Source of the DNA: Promethearchaeota archaeon
GTDB taxonomy: Archaea > Asgardarchaeota > Lokiarchaeia > Sigyniarchaeales > SOKP01
Assembly (NCBI GenBank): GCA_016839585.1
Contig: JAEOTZ010000003.1
Location: 27,866-91,865 of the forward strand
Reading direction: 5' to 3'
DNA length: 64,000 bases
Part shown: positions 27,421 through 37,325 of the stretch, in pieces
Layout of the letters: every line of letters starts with the position of its first letter
How positions within the stretch are numbered: the stretch's first letter is position 1
The notes under the pieces: model-generated
Database searches by the model: none
What the model was told of the DNA's origin: nothing
The model's input: only the letters and a program-made list of their open reading frames with translations
Made by a program: the position numbers and the translations under genes

Positions 27421-29271
27421 ATGTGTGGAATATTTGGTGTAATAACAAATCAAAAAGATATATCGATTGGAAAAATTGCTTTTGAAGGTATTAAACGTTT
27501 AGAATATCGAGGTTATGATTCTTGTGGAATAGTTACTCAATTTAATTCCAAATTATATGTTAAGAAAGAATCTGGTAGAATTGATGAGATTCAGAAAAAA
27601 ATAAATTTAACAGATTTTCCAAATGGTTCTAAACTTGCACTTGCTCATACAAGATGGGCAACTCATGGCGCACCTACGAAAAATAATAGTCATCCGCATT
27701 TAGATTGTTCGGGTGAAATAGCTATTGTTCATAATGGAATAATAGATAATTTTATAGAATTGAGAAAAGAATTAACTGACAAAGGCCATATCTTTAAATC
27801 TGACACAGATACCGAGATAATTCCACATTTAATTGAAGATTTTATAAAAGATGGACTAAATCTTAAAGATGCTGTTATTCGCGCTTTAAAACGATGCCGC
27901 GGAGCTTATGCAATAGCTATTTGTTATGCTAAAAGTCCGGATTTAATATTTGTTGCTCGAAAAGGATCTCCTTTAGTTATTGGAATTGATCAAGATCGAG
28001 CAACTTATTGTGCTTCAGATATTCCAGCTTTTCTACCCTTAACAAGGTATTGTTACATTATGGATGATGATGAATTGGCTAAATTAGAAGCTGGAAAGGT
28101 TTCATTCTTTAATATTAATGATGATACAAGAATTGAAAAGGAATTGCAAGAGATTGAATGGAGTATTGATGCTGCTGAAAAAGGAGGGTATGAACATTTT
28201 ATGTTAAAAGAGATTTATGAAGAACCCATGGCACTAAGGCGCACTATGAAGATTCATAAAGATCAAATAATAAATTTCGCTAATGAGTTATGGTCAGCAA
28301 GTAATATTTATATCACAGCAGCCGGTACATCATTTTATGCTTCATTAGCTGGGAAATACATTATTACTAAATTTTTGGGAAAATATATTCACGCAGTTGA
28401 ATGTTCTGAATTTAAGAACGAATTAGCAGAATGTCTAAGAGAAAATTCCGTAGTTATTGCACTCTCTCAATCTGGAGAAACTATAGATACAATTGATGCA
28501 ATTCGGTGGGCAAAAAGAAAGAAAGGTGTAAAAGTATTATCAATAACGAATGTAGTAGGATCAACTATTACTAGATACTCAGATCACGTGATTGTTACTC
28601 GTGCCGGACCTGAAATCGGGGTTGCTGCTACAAAAACTTATTGTACTCAAGTATTAACTTTAGCATTGATTGCATTAGAAATAGCCAAATTACGAAAAAT
28701 AGAATCATTTGAGGAGATAAAAAAATATTATGAAGCATTAAACTCAACTCCATCAATAATAGAAGAATTTCTGGAAACTAAAGTAGATTCTGTAAAAAAA
28801 ATTATTAGATGTTTAGACAAAGAACACAACTTCTTTTTTTTGGCACGAGGTATATCTATTGCTACTGCTAAAGAAGGGGGACTAAAATTAAAAGAAATAG
28901 CATGTCGCTTCATAGAAGGCTATTCGGCGGCTCATGCAAAACATGGGCCCATATCTCTCGTTAGAGATGGTTTTCCAATAATATTTATTGCACCACCCGA
29001 TGAAACTTATGAAAGATTAATAGGTAATGTTATGGAATTTAAGGCAAGGGGAGGTAAAATCATTTCATTAGTTGTAGAAAGTGATGAAAAAATAACAGAA
29101 TTGAGTGATATTACAATTCGAATTCCACAACCAGGAGATAGATACCATAATCTCTTTAGCCCAATAACTTTTATCCCTGCTTTACAGTTATTGGCTTATT
29201 ATACCGCTTTATCTCACGGACTAGATCCTGATAAACCATTGAACTTAAGTAAAACAGTAACTGTACATTAA
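27421..29271 (+). CDS. glmS: Glutamine--fructose-6-phosphate transaminase (isomerizing)
   Basis: MCGIFG, LEYRGYDS, HTRWATHG, SQSGET, AATKT and NLSKTVTV motifs. Confidence 0.97.
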   Translation: MCGIFGVITNQKDISIGKIAFEGIKRLEYRGYDSCGIVTQFNSKLYVKKESGRIDEIQKKINLTDFPNGSKLALAHTRWATHGAPTKNNSHPHLDCSGEIAIVHNGIIDNFIELRKELTDKGHIFKSDTDTEIIPHLIEDFIKDGLNLKDAVIRALKRCRGAYAIAICYAKSPDLIFVARKGSPLVIGIDQDRATYCASDIPAFLPLTRYCYIMDDDELAKLEAGKVSFFNINDDTRIEKELQEIEWSIDAAEKGGYEHFMLKEIYEEPMALRRTMKIHKDQIINFANELWSASNIYITAAGTSFYASLAGKYIITKFLGKYIHAVECSEFKNELAECLRENSVVIALSQSGETIDTIDAIRWAKRKKGVKVLSITNVVGSTITRYSDHVIVTRAGPEIGVAATKTYCTQVLTLALIALEIAKLRKIESFEEIKKYYEALNSTPSIIEEFLETKVDSVKKIIRCLDKEHNFFFLARGISIATAKEGGLKLKEIACRFIEGYSAAHAKHGPISLVRDGFPIIFIAPPDETYERLIGNVMEFKARGGKIISLVVESDEKITELSDITIRIPQPGDRYHNLFSPITFIPALQLLAYYTALSHGLDPDKPLNLSKTVTVH

Positions 29272-29280
29272 TAATAAGTA

Positions 29281-30771
29281 TTACTCTCTTTTGATATCAA
29301 AGATATGACCATTCCAGGGGTTTAAATCTATATATAAACCAAATTCATCTAGGTCTTCTCCTTTATAACTATAAGTTTTCTGATAGAGCAAATCTGTAAA
29401 ATTCCAATTCTCAATGTTAAATTCTATTTGCTTAAGTCTGATATGTGCTTTTACATGAAATGGACTATAGTTAACCACAATAAGTCGAAAAATATCGTTA
29501 TACCAACAGAGATAAGAAATTATATTTTGATAAGAGGGGTCATCAATAATAACAGGTTCAACTTTACAGAGGGACCAATTTGCTTTTTCAAATTTTCTTC
29601 CAGGTATGATACTTAATAAATTTTGGTAAAATTCAAGAAGATTCTTATTCTCTTCTTCGAATGGCCTTCTGCCTAATTGAACAGGTAATTTTACTTTATA
29701 ACCACGAGTTTGACCTTCATGTATTAATCTTGCTCCTGGTAAAGTTAATGCTATAACAGCTGCTGCTTTTGATCGTTCTACTCCAAACTGTTCTATAGCT
29801 CTTAGCTCATCATGATTTTCTATGAATCTAACTAACTTATTCTGATAGTCCCATTCTGCTTTGAGATGTTTCCTAACTGTTTCTGCGGTTTCATGAGCTA
29901 ACCTGTCATAGAGTCTTTTATCATAGCAATAATCAAACCCTTGTTGTATAAGTTCCCATTCCATATCCCAATATACCTCTGCTATAAATAAGAAATTTGG
30001 AAACTTTTGTTTTACTGCTGGTATGACTTCTTTCCAAAATTCTTTTTCAAGTGGAATTCCTGCTTTTTCACCCCAAGTCTTTTTAAATACATTATTAGTC
30101 ATAAGCATTGCCATATCACAACGAACACCATCACATAATTCAGCGATACTCAATAACGTATTGATTGCTTTTTTACGAGCTTCAAAAGAAAATGCATTAA
30201 TCTGGACAGTATCTGTCCATGGGTCAAAATAAGGATCTCGACCATTAGCATACACAGTTTCCCCTACTGAAAAAAATCCATTCGGCTTAGTCATTAGATC
30301 CTCTAAAGTTCCAGTAATAAAAACATCTGATTTTTCTAAAATCCAGATATGATCAATAGAAACGTGATTAGGAACATAATCCAATATTAAACGGATGCCA
30401 TGTTCTCGCAATTGCTTACGAAACTCAGTTAAACCATCAATCCCACCAAGGTTAGAATCAACATGATAATAATAAACAGAATAAGGTGAACCTACAACAT
30501 CATTTTCACCGAAATCATGTAAAGCCATATGATATTCATTCTGTAAATCTTGGCGCTCAAGAGCAATCCTTCTTCCAGCAGGACTACGCTCCCATATACC
30601 CATTAGCCAAACGGCATCAAAATATGTTATCTCTTTATTAAATTCTTCATGAGGAATATTGTTCAAATTGATTGGACTATTGTAAGTTTCAGATAAATAC
30701 GTAAGCCATGACCAAGTGTTTATTTCATAAATTTTAGGATTGCTGGGCCAATCAGATTCTTTAAATAGCAT
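29281..30771 (-). CDS. GH13 alpha-amylase-family glycosidase
   Basis: LDYVPNH, RCDMAM (nucleophile), AEVYW (acid/base) and ENHDE. Confidence 0.9.
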   Translation of the reverse strand: MLFKESDWPSNPKIYEINTWSWLTYLSETYNSPINLNNIPHEEFNKEITYFDAVWLMGIWERSPAGRRIALERQDLQNEYHMALHDFGENDVVGSPYSVYYYHVDSNLGGIDGLTEFRKQLREHGIRLILDYVPNHVSIDHIWILEKSDVFITGTLEDLMTKPNGFFSVGETVYANGRDPYFDPWTDTVQINAFSFEARKKAINTLLSIAELCDGVRCDMAMLMTNNVFKKTWGEKAGIPLEKEFWKEVIPAVKQKFPNFLFIAEVYWDMEWELIQQGFDYCYDKRLYDRLAHETAETVRKHLKAEWDYQNKLVRFIENHDELRAIEQFGVERSKAAAVIALTLPGARLIHEGQTRGYKVKLPVQLGRRPFEEENKNLLEFYQNLLSIIPGRKFEKANWSLCKVEPVIIDDPSYQNIISYLCWYNDIFRLIVVNYSPFHVKAHIRLKQIEFNIENWNFTDLLYQKTYSYKGEDLDEFGLYIDLNPWNGHIFDIKRE

Positions 30772-30908
30772 TATAATTTTTCGCCTAATTCAACTTGATT
30801 ATCTCAATGAATATAAATTATCTTCTTTTCCTTATAAAATAAATATATATAAATTTTTATATAATCATAATTATAATATAGAAAAATTATAAGATTAAAT
30901 TAAAAAAA

Positions 30909-31523
30909 ATGAGCGAAGAAAAAGAAGCACTAAGAAAGTTAATAATGTTGATCTCGGATTTACGAGCAAAAGATGAAGAAAGATACGCTAGTCATGTTGA
31001 TTTCATGAAATGAGTTGCGGCTTCCGTAATTCACGTGACTGAGACAATCAAAATGATTGGTGCCATCGAATCTCAAATGAATAAACATTGGAATACAGTC
31101 TTAGACTCCTTAAAGGAACTAAATGAAAGCATTAGTGCAAATTTGGATTCTTTACTTACAGGAATTAGTCCAAAGGGTTTAAGAGAAACATCAAAATCCT
31201 TAAAAGAAATTATGGATACTATGAATAAAAGTGTGCAATCAATGAATTTAGAAAAAGTATTAAGTGAATTGAAAGGATTAAAAGGTACCAATATAGCACC
31301 TCTAATACCCCAACAAATAAGTTTGAGTAAACAACCAGAACCAATAACTGCAGGTATAAGTATAACACCTCCAGTCGTAACGACAACTCCATCAATGCCA
31401 CCAGCACCAGCACCTGAAACTGAGGTTTATGGATATGTACCTGGTAAGAAAAAAGAAAAAAAGAAGAAAGAAGAGGAAGACGAACCTCATCTTATCAGAC
31501 CTTCTGATTTATTTAAGAAATAA
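30909..31523 (+). CDS. Hypothetical helical protein interrupted by one in-frame TGA (31011-31013); recoded gene, pseudogene or sequence error
   Basis: ATG 30909 opens MSEEKEALRKL...VDFMK*VAASVIHV, in frame with the 31035-31523 ORF. Confidence 0.7.
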
Positions 31524-31562
31524 GTTTTTTGATTTATTCTCTTTCTATATTTTGGGTAGTTT

Positions 31563-32912
31563 TTACTTGAATATTTCCATGTAGGTTCTAAGTTGTGCTT
31601 TCACAACATCAACATTTTCACCAATTTTTCTAAAATTAATAACAATTGCGGGGACCTCAAGTTCAGATTTAATTTTACTTTTTAGGATTTCATAGGAATT
31701 TGAAAGTGAAGGACATCCAAATAATTGGTTAATTATTATCCCATCAATTTCCAAATTTTTAACAAAATTTAAATAAGAATTAGTTAAAGCATCAGAATCA
31801 CACCCTATGCCCTTTTTTGAGGCGTCTAGTAGAAAACGGGCATAATCTTCAACTGGATCTGAATTCTCTGATACAGAAATTTCATCAATTAATCCTAAAA
31901 TTTCCCAATCAGCATATAATGCTCGACCCCCTAACTCATAGATTATTTCATGAGTTTCTGGTTCCCAACCTCCAAACATGGGAGCTATTAAGATACGTGG
32001 CATGTCTGATACATCCATTCCGATTCCTTTTTTTATTCTTTCTCGCATTTCAGTAACTAATTGACTCATATTTTCTAAATATCTTTGCGCATTAGAATTA
32101 TAATCTTGGAATGAAATTGTTAACAATGCTAATATCTCAGCAAAAGTAGCGGGATTACAAGGATAAAAATCAGATGAACATATTTCATATAAAATTGTTT
32201 TATAAAACCTTTTAACTTGATTACCTATTCGAAATTGCTTTTTTAAACTATTATCAGTAATATAATTCCCTGTTATACCCTCTAATTCTGATATTGCTTT
32301 TTTGACATTATTTACCATAATTTCTAATGTTTTATCTTCATTTTCTGCTTCTCTTGGAGGAATATTAACCCAAATTTGATTAGGAACTATTGATTGTAAT
32401 GATTCTGAGAATTTATTCCACTTACCGCAACGCATGGCAAAATTTAAGTTCGCATCTAAAACACTTCCCCTTGATTTATGCATTCCATAGAGAGCATTTA
32501 CACCATAACATAAGTCAGAAGGTACTCCATTCTCTACTCCTAAATCATACATTTCATTATATTTATCATTAATTGAGTTAACAACATCATCTAATACTTT
32601 TTCAACTACCTTTAAAAAGTCTAATTGCCTTGCGATCCCTAAAATTTTTGTTGTAAGATCCCAACCAAATAAGCTTGTGGCAGAATTTAATGCCATCAAA
32701 TATAAATTAATTTTGAATTTCTCCATTCTTATGGGAAATACTGGTATTGCATTAGCAGCAAAAACTAAATCTGGAAAGCCTAATGCAACAGAAATTAGTT
32801 TCTTTTTCTCTTTTTGTTTTCTCTTCGTTAAATAATCTCTACCCGTTAAAAAATTATAAGACATCTTTAAAACTGAAGTAAAGCTTATAACATCGTCGGC
32901 ATAAATACTCGT
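31563..32912 (-). CDS. 2-hydroxyacyl-CoA dehydratase family subunit (HgdAB/FldBC/BcrBC-like), paralog 2; probable ACG start
   Basis: Colinear with 33065-34423 and retains RC, GIGCD and LFGC. Homology extends 16 codons upstream of ATG 32864 to ACG 32912. Confidence 0.8.
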   Translation of the reverse strand, partial: TSIYADDVISFTSVLKMSYNFLTGRDYLTKRKQKEKKKLISVALGFPDLVFAANAIPVFPIRMEKFKINLYLMALNSATSLFGWDLTTKILGIARQLDFLKVVEKVLDDVVNSINDKYNEMYDLGVENGVPSDLCYGVNALYGMHKSRGSVLDANLNFAMRCGKWNKFSESLQSIVPNQIWVNIPPREAENEDKTLEIMVNNVKKAISELEGITGNYITDNSLKKQFRIGNQVKRFYKTILYEICSSDFYPCNPATFAEILALLTISFQDYNSNAQRYLENMSQLVTEMRERIKKGIGMDVSDMPRILIAPMFGGWEPETHEIIYELGGRALYADWEILGLIDEISVSENSDPVEDYARFLLDASKKGIGCDSDALTNSYLNFVKNLEIDGIIINQLFGCPSLSNSYEILKSKIKSELEVPAIVINFRKIGENVDVVKAQLRTYMEIFK

Positions 32913-33064
32913 TTCTAAATCATCTCCAAAGATCCATAAAAAAATTGTATGATTCTATATTTTAAATGTAATCATATTTTTCTAAAAAAATTTTGGAGAA
33001 ATAATAAATAAAATACGAATTATATTAAGACTTTAAATAACAAGTTTAATTCAAAAGAAAATTC

Positions 33065-34423
33065 TCATTTAAACATCTCCATAAAGGCTCCCAAGCGTGT
33101 TTTAACTTGTTCTACATTCTCTCCAATCTTATTAAAAGTTAAAGCAATACTTGGAATTTCAAGGTCTCTACGAATTTTTTCTTTAAGCATTGCATAACAA
33201 TTTGAAATTGAATGACAGCCAAATAATTGAATAAAAACAAGACCTTCAGCATTTAATTGTTTAGCTAATCTGATGTAGGAATCTGTAAGGGTGTCATTGT
33301 CACAACCGATTCCCGTCTTAGTAGCATTCAATAGAAATTGAGCATATGCTTCTACAGGATCCGAGAATTTTGAGATAGGTATTTCTTCCAAGAGTAATAG
33401 CATGTCCCAATCAGCATATAATGCTCGGCCCCCTAACTCATAGATTATTTCATGGCTTTTTGGTTCCCAACCTCCAAACATGGGTGTAACCAGAATTCGT
33501 GGCATTTTACTTACATCCATTCCAATTTTATTTCTAATTCTCTCTTTCATTTCATTTACTAATGATAACATATTATCTCTATATCGAATTGCATTGGAAT
33601 TATAATCTTGAAAACTATTATTTAAAATTACTAATATTTCACTAAATGTGGCAGGATTACAGGGATAAAAATCAGATGTGCTTATTTCATATAGAATTGT
33701 TTTGTAATATTTCCTTATTTCATTGGCTACTTGAAAATGATTTCGTAAAATATTTTTATCATAATTATTTCCACTTATCTTTTCTAATTCTCTAATAGCA
33801 TCATAAATATTTTCTGTTAATAATTCTAAGGCATTACCAATGTTTCTCGGGGGAATGTCAATCCAGACCTGTTTAGCAGGATTCTCAATCGTTTTCAAGG
33901 ATTCTAAATACTTATTCCATGCACTGCATCGAATTGTGTAATTCAAAGTAGCTTCTACATTCTTTCCCTTACTCACATGCATACCATAGAGAGACTTTAT
34001 TCCATAACAAAAATCATTCGGAATGCCACTTTCTATTCCAAGGTCATACATTTCATTATATTTATCATTAACAGTATCTATCACATCACCAATGATTTCT
34101 TCGATGATTCTACTTGCTTCACTAATTCCAAGATTTTTTACAAAGCTTAAAAATTTAGAAACACGCTTCCACCCAAAAATATCAGAGCCTAAAGAGAGAT
34201 ATGTGAGATATTTATGGATTTTAAAGGCATGCATCCTTATTGGAAAAACAGGGACTAAATCAGGAAATCCATAGATTAAATCTGAAAAGGGTAGAGCAAC
34301 TGATATTAATTTTTTCTTTTCCCGGAACTTCTTTCTCTTTAAATAATCTCTTCCTGCTAATAGATTGTAAGCAATTCTTAATACAGATGAGAATTGAATG
34401 ATATCATCAGCCATTAAACTCAT
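33065..34423 (-). CDS. 2-hydroxyacyl-CoA dehydratase family subunit, paralog 1
   Basis: DFCYG, RCSAW, GIGCD, FGCHS, and a C-terminal EQVKTRLGAFMEM signature. Confidence 0.82.
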   Translation of the reverse strand: MSLMADDIIQFSSVLRIAYNLLAGRDYLKRKKFREKKKLISVALPFSDLIYGFPDLVPVFPIRMHAFKIHKYLTYLSLGSDIFGWKRVSKFLSFVKNLGISEASRIIEEIIGDVIDTVNDKYNEMYDLGIESGIPNDFCYGIKSLYGMHVSKGKNVEATLNYTIRCSAWNKYLESLKTIENPAKQVWIDIPPRNIGNALELLTENIYDAIRELEKISGNNYDKNILRNHFQVANEIRKYYKTILYEISTSDFYPCNPATFSEILVILNNSFQDYNSNAIRYRDNMLSLVNEMKERIRNKIGMDVSKMPRILVTPMFGGWEPKSHEIIYELGGRALYADWDMLLLLEEIPISKFSDPVEAYAQFLLNATKTGIGCDNDTLTDSYIRLAKQLNAEGLVFIQLFGCHSISNCYAMLKEKIRRDLEIPSIALTFNKIGENVEQVKTRLGAFMEMFK

Positions 34424-34425
34424 TT

Positions 34426-35562
34426 TTACAACATCTCCATGAATGCTTCTATTCGAGTAGATAATTGACCTCGATTAGCTCTTGAATAATCTCTTTCTAA
34501 ATTTAATACACGAATCCCTTTTTCTTGTAATTGATTTTTTAAATGAGCAGACATAATTGAAATGTGATCACAAAATTTTATAATATGATTTATAACTCCT
34601 AATTTCTTTCCAGTTTTCAGCTTGTAATCGTGATAAATTTTTTCAATTTGGGAAATTTTAAATTCTAAATAATTAGGAACGGAATGATCTCCATAAATAT
34701 TATCATGAAATCTTTTAATAATCAAATTAAGAGGATCCTTTTTAGCATCAATCAGCTTATCATCTATAATTTGTGAAGAATAATGATTACCAATCCACGT
34801 ATCTAAAAAGACAACATTTCCTCCTGCTTCTTCTATTAAATCAATCAGATAATCATTTATAAAAATTGAACATCCAGTAAGTACAAGATCTTTTGAATTA
34901 ATTTGATTAATAGGTGACTTTTCTTTATATTCTTGAATTATTTGTTCCAAATCTTGAATAAAATCGGGACCAAATAATAATGCTTTTTGAATTATTTTTA
35001 ATTTTTTAGATCCTTTCATATATAAATTATTTATTTCTAGAAGTCTTTTCTTAAACTTATTATATTTTAATATACTCTCCCTCAAATCTTTACTTGGTAT
35101 TTCGCTTCCCCTTATTTTTTCAAGCTGTTGCTTCAAATCAATTAATTCTAATTTAAAATATTTTAGACTATTATCATTCTTAGTATATGAAATATAGAAG
35201 TTTAGTCGTGGGATATTAAAATATTTTGAGATTATTTCAGAAGCACATATATCAGAAACGCAATGGTTTGATACAATAAAGTAGTCTAATAAATCTAAAA
35301 AATTAAATTGACTTGGTTTTAATGAGAACAATCCAATGGAAGATTGGGCAAATGCACAAGTCGAAGGTGGTAGGTAATCATGACTAGCATTCATCAAATC
35401 ATCATTTCCTGCAAATATCATTCTCAATGGAATAAATCCAGCAGCATCTATTAATTCTTCAGGTATATTATCATGAGCAATGAATCCAATTACTTTTTTT
35501 CCTTCTTCTTTTTTTTCTTTGAGATATAATGAATATTCTGATAATATTTCTAAATCATCCAT
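34426..35562 (-). CDS. 2-hydroxyacyl-CoA dehydratase family subunit (HgdB/BcrC-like)
   Basis: GKKVIG..PEELIDAAG, TCAF, HCVSD, KFCD and GQLSTRIEAFMEML motifs. Confidence 0.88.
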   Translation of the reverse strand: MDDLEILSEYSLYLKEKKEEGKKVIGFIAHDNIPEELIDAAGFIPLRMIFAGNDDLMNASHDYLPPSTCAFAQSSIGLFSLKPSQFNFLDLLDYFIVSNHCVSDICASEIISKYFNIPRLNFYISYTKNDNSLKYFKLELIDLKQQLEKIRGSEIPSKDLRESILKYNKFKKRLLEINNLYMKGSKKLKIIQKALLFGPDFIQDLEQIIQEYKEKSPINQINSKDLVLTGCSIFINDYLIDLIEEAGGNVVFLDTWIGNHYSSQIIDDKLIDAKKDPLNLIIKRFHDNIYGDHSVPNYLEFKISQIEKIYHDYKLKTGKKLGVINHIIKFCDHISIMSAHLKNQLQEKGIRVLNLERDYSRANRGQLSTRIEAFMEML

Positions 35563-35673
35563 TGTATTATTAAAAAATTATTGAATTATTTATCAAAAAA
35601 GAGGTAATTCTTCAAAAAAGTTACTGATTAAAAAAATAATGAGTATTATAATAATTTTAAAATCAAATAATGT

Positions 35674-36453
35674 TTAATTACTTTGATTTTCTTGAGCTAT
35701 TAAAGCAGCTCCAATAGCTCCTGTTAATTGAGGGTATTTTGGACTAACTATCTCGAATCCTAGTTCTTCTTCTAAATATTTTTTAACCGCAGGATTTTTA
35801 GCGACTCCACCACAAAAAATTAGTTTAGGTCCAACCCCAATACGTTTTGCCATACCTGCAACTCTTCTTGCTATGGATTTATGAATTCCACTTGCTATGT
35901 CTTGCTTAGAGGCTCCTCTAGCAAAAAGACTGATAACTTCACTCTCTGCAAAAACAGTACATGTAGAACTAATAGCGGCAGGTTTAGTTGAATTCAAGGC
36001 TAAGTCTCCAAATTCACTAATTGGGACCTCTAATGCATGTGCCATGACTTCAAGAAACCTTCCAGTTCCTGCTGCGCATTTATCATTCATTTGAAAATCA
36101 ATGACATTCCCAGTTTTCTGAGACATAACAATAGCCTTACTATCTTGACCTCCTATATCTATAACCGAGTGAGCATCTGGAAAGAAATATTGCCCTCCAC
36201 GAGCATGAGCAGTAATCTCAGTAATTCGGTCATCCGCAATATCTATAGTATTTCTTCCATAGCCAGTACTCATTACAAAAACTTCATCTTTTTTTAAGTT
36301 ATTCTTTTCTAAAAGCTCCTTAAATAAATTATGTCCTATTCTTTTGAAATCAAATGTAGATCGTTCTGTTCGATAGTCGATTAAATCACTATTATTCAAT
36401 AAGACTATTTTTGTCGCCAATGATCCAATATCTATCCCAATAAATGCTTTCAA
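35674..36453 (-). CDS. Acyl-CoA dehydratase activase (HgdC/BadG-type ATPase)
   Basis: GIDIGS, STGYGR, DIGGQDSK, MNDKCAAGTGRFLE, CTVFAESE and GGVAKN motifs. Confidence 0.95.
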   Translation of the reverse strand: MKAFIGIDIGSLATKIVLLNNSDLIDYRTERSTFDFKRIGHNLFKELLEKNNLKKDEVFVMSTGYGRNTIDIADDRITEITAHARGGQYFFPDAHSVIDIGGQDSKAIVMSQKTGNVIDFQMNDKCAAGTGRFLEVMAHALEVPISEFGDLALNSTKPAAISSTCTVFAESEVISLFARGASKQDIASGIHKSIARRVAGMAKRIGVGPKLIFCGGVAKNPAVKKYLEEELGFEIVSPKYPQLTGAIGAALIAQENQSN

Positions 36454-36528
36454 ATTTGATCTGTTCCTTTGGTTTTTTTACATAGAAAAATGAAATCCAG
36501 AAAATAAAATTTTTGATGATAAAAAAAC

Positions 36529-37206
36529 TTATCCGGCAATTTGACCTAGTAATATAGATACAATAAGTGTCACGACACCAGCAGTAACTAGATGTATTGC
36601 ATATCTAACTCCTCCTCCCCTGGATATTTTTCCTAGGAAAACTCCTAGATATACAAGCAAGCCTACTAATACAATATATGAGATTATAAAATGCATAGGT
36701 GTTAATACTGTACCGAAGAAAAATGGAACTAATGGAAGAGAAGATCCTAGAACTGGTGCACCTCCATCAACCAAAGAAGCTACAATTGTAGCAAAATTTT
36801 CTGCTCTTTCAAGTAAATTAGGCTTTTTCTTCTTTTTTTTATTTTTTATTTTTTTAATATTATTCTTTGAATGATCTATTGTTTCTTCATCATCAGTCTT
36901 AATTATTGCCATCTCTTTTTTCATATCTGCAATTTTCTTTTTACGTTCAGCTTCTTCAGAAAGAAAAGCACCCCATAAACCACTTATTCCAATAGCTAGC
37001 GCTGTGGCAAATCCTGTAATAATTACTGTATTAGGAACATTTCTTGTTGGTTCACCCAAGAACATAATAAAAAAACCACTAACAATACCTGCACAAGTTA
37101 GAGCTCCGTCAAAACAATTGTTAAAAAATTTTCGGCGTGCGATTTCTCCCAAGTCAGACATTTCTGAATACTTTCGCCAATTTTTGAATGTATTTTTAAA
37201 ATTCAT
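36529..37206 (-). CDS. VIT1/CCC1-family transporter
   Basis: EIARRKFFNNCFDGALT, ISGLWGAFLSEEAE and PLVPFFF motifs. Confidence 0.85.
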   Translation of the reverse strand: MNFKNTFKNWRKYSEMSDLGEIARRKFFNNCFDGALTCAGIVSGFFIMFLGEPTRNVPNTVIITGFATALAIGISGLWGAFLSEEAERKKKIADMKKEMAIIKTDDEETIDHSKNNIKKIKNKKKKKKPNLLERAENFATIVASLVDGGAPVLGSSLPLVPFFFGTVLTPMHFIISYIVLVGLLVYLGVFLGKISRGGGVRYAIHLVTAGVVTLIVSILLGQIAG

Positions 37207-37325
37207 TTAATTCAATCTTCTCCTTATAATAATTATTTAGTTAAAGTCGATAAATTCGAATATTATTAAAATCTATTTAATGTATCTAAAAGATTCAATA
37301 CTTTATTTTATTTATCTTAAATGAT

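Noticed and set aside
31011-31013. Genome-wide TGA-to-Trp reassignment
   Set aside because: TGA terminates genes at their expected ends here (purS, 33065-34423, 17316-18143), and conserved Trp positions use TGG.
31524-31700. SECIS element downstream of the TGA-containing gene
   Set aside because: There are only about 40 nt of T-rich spacer before a convergent gene, and no AUGA/GA kink-turn stem is recognisable by eye. A covariance search is still needed.
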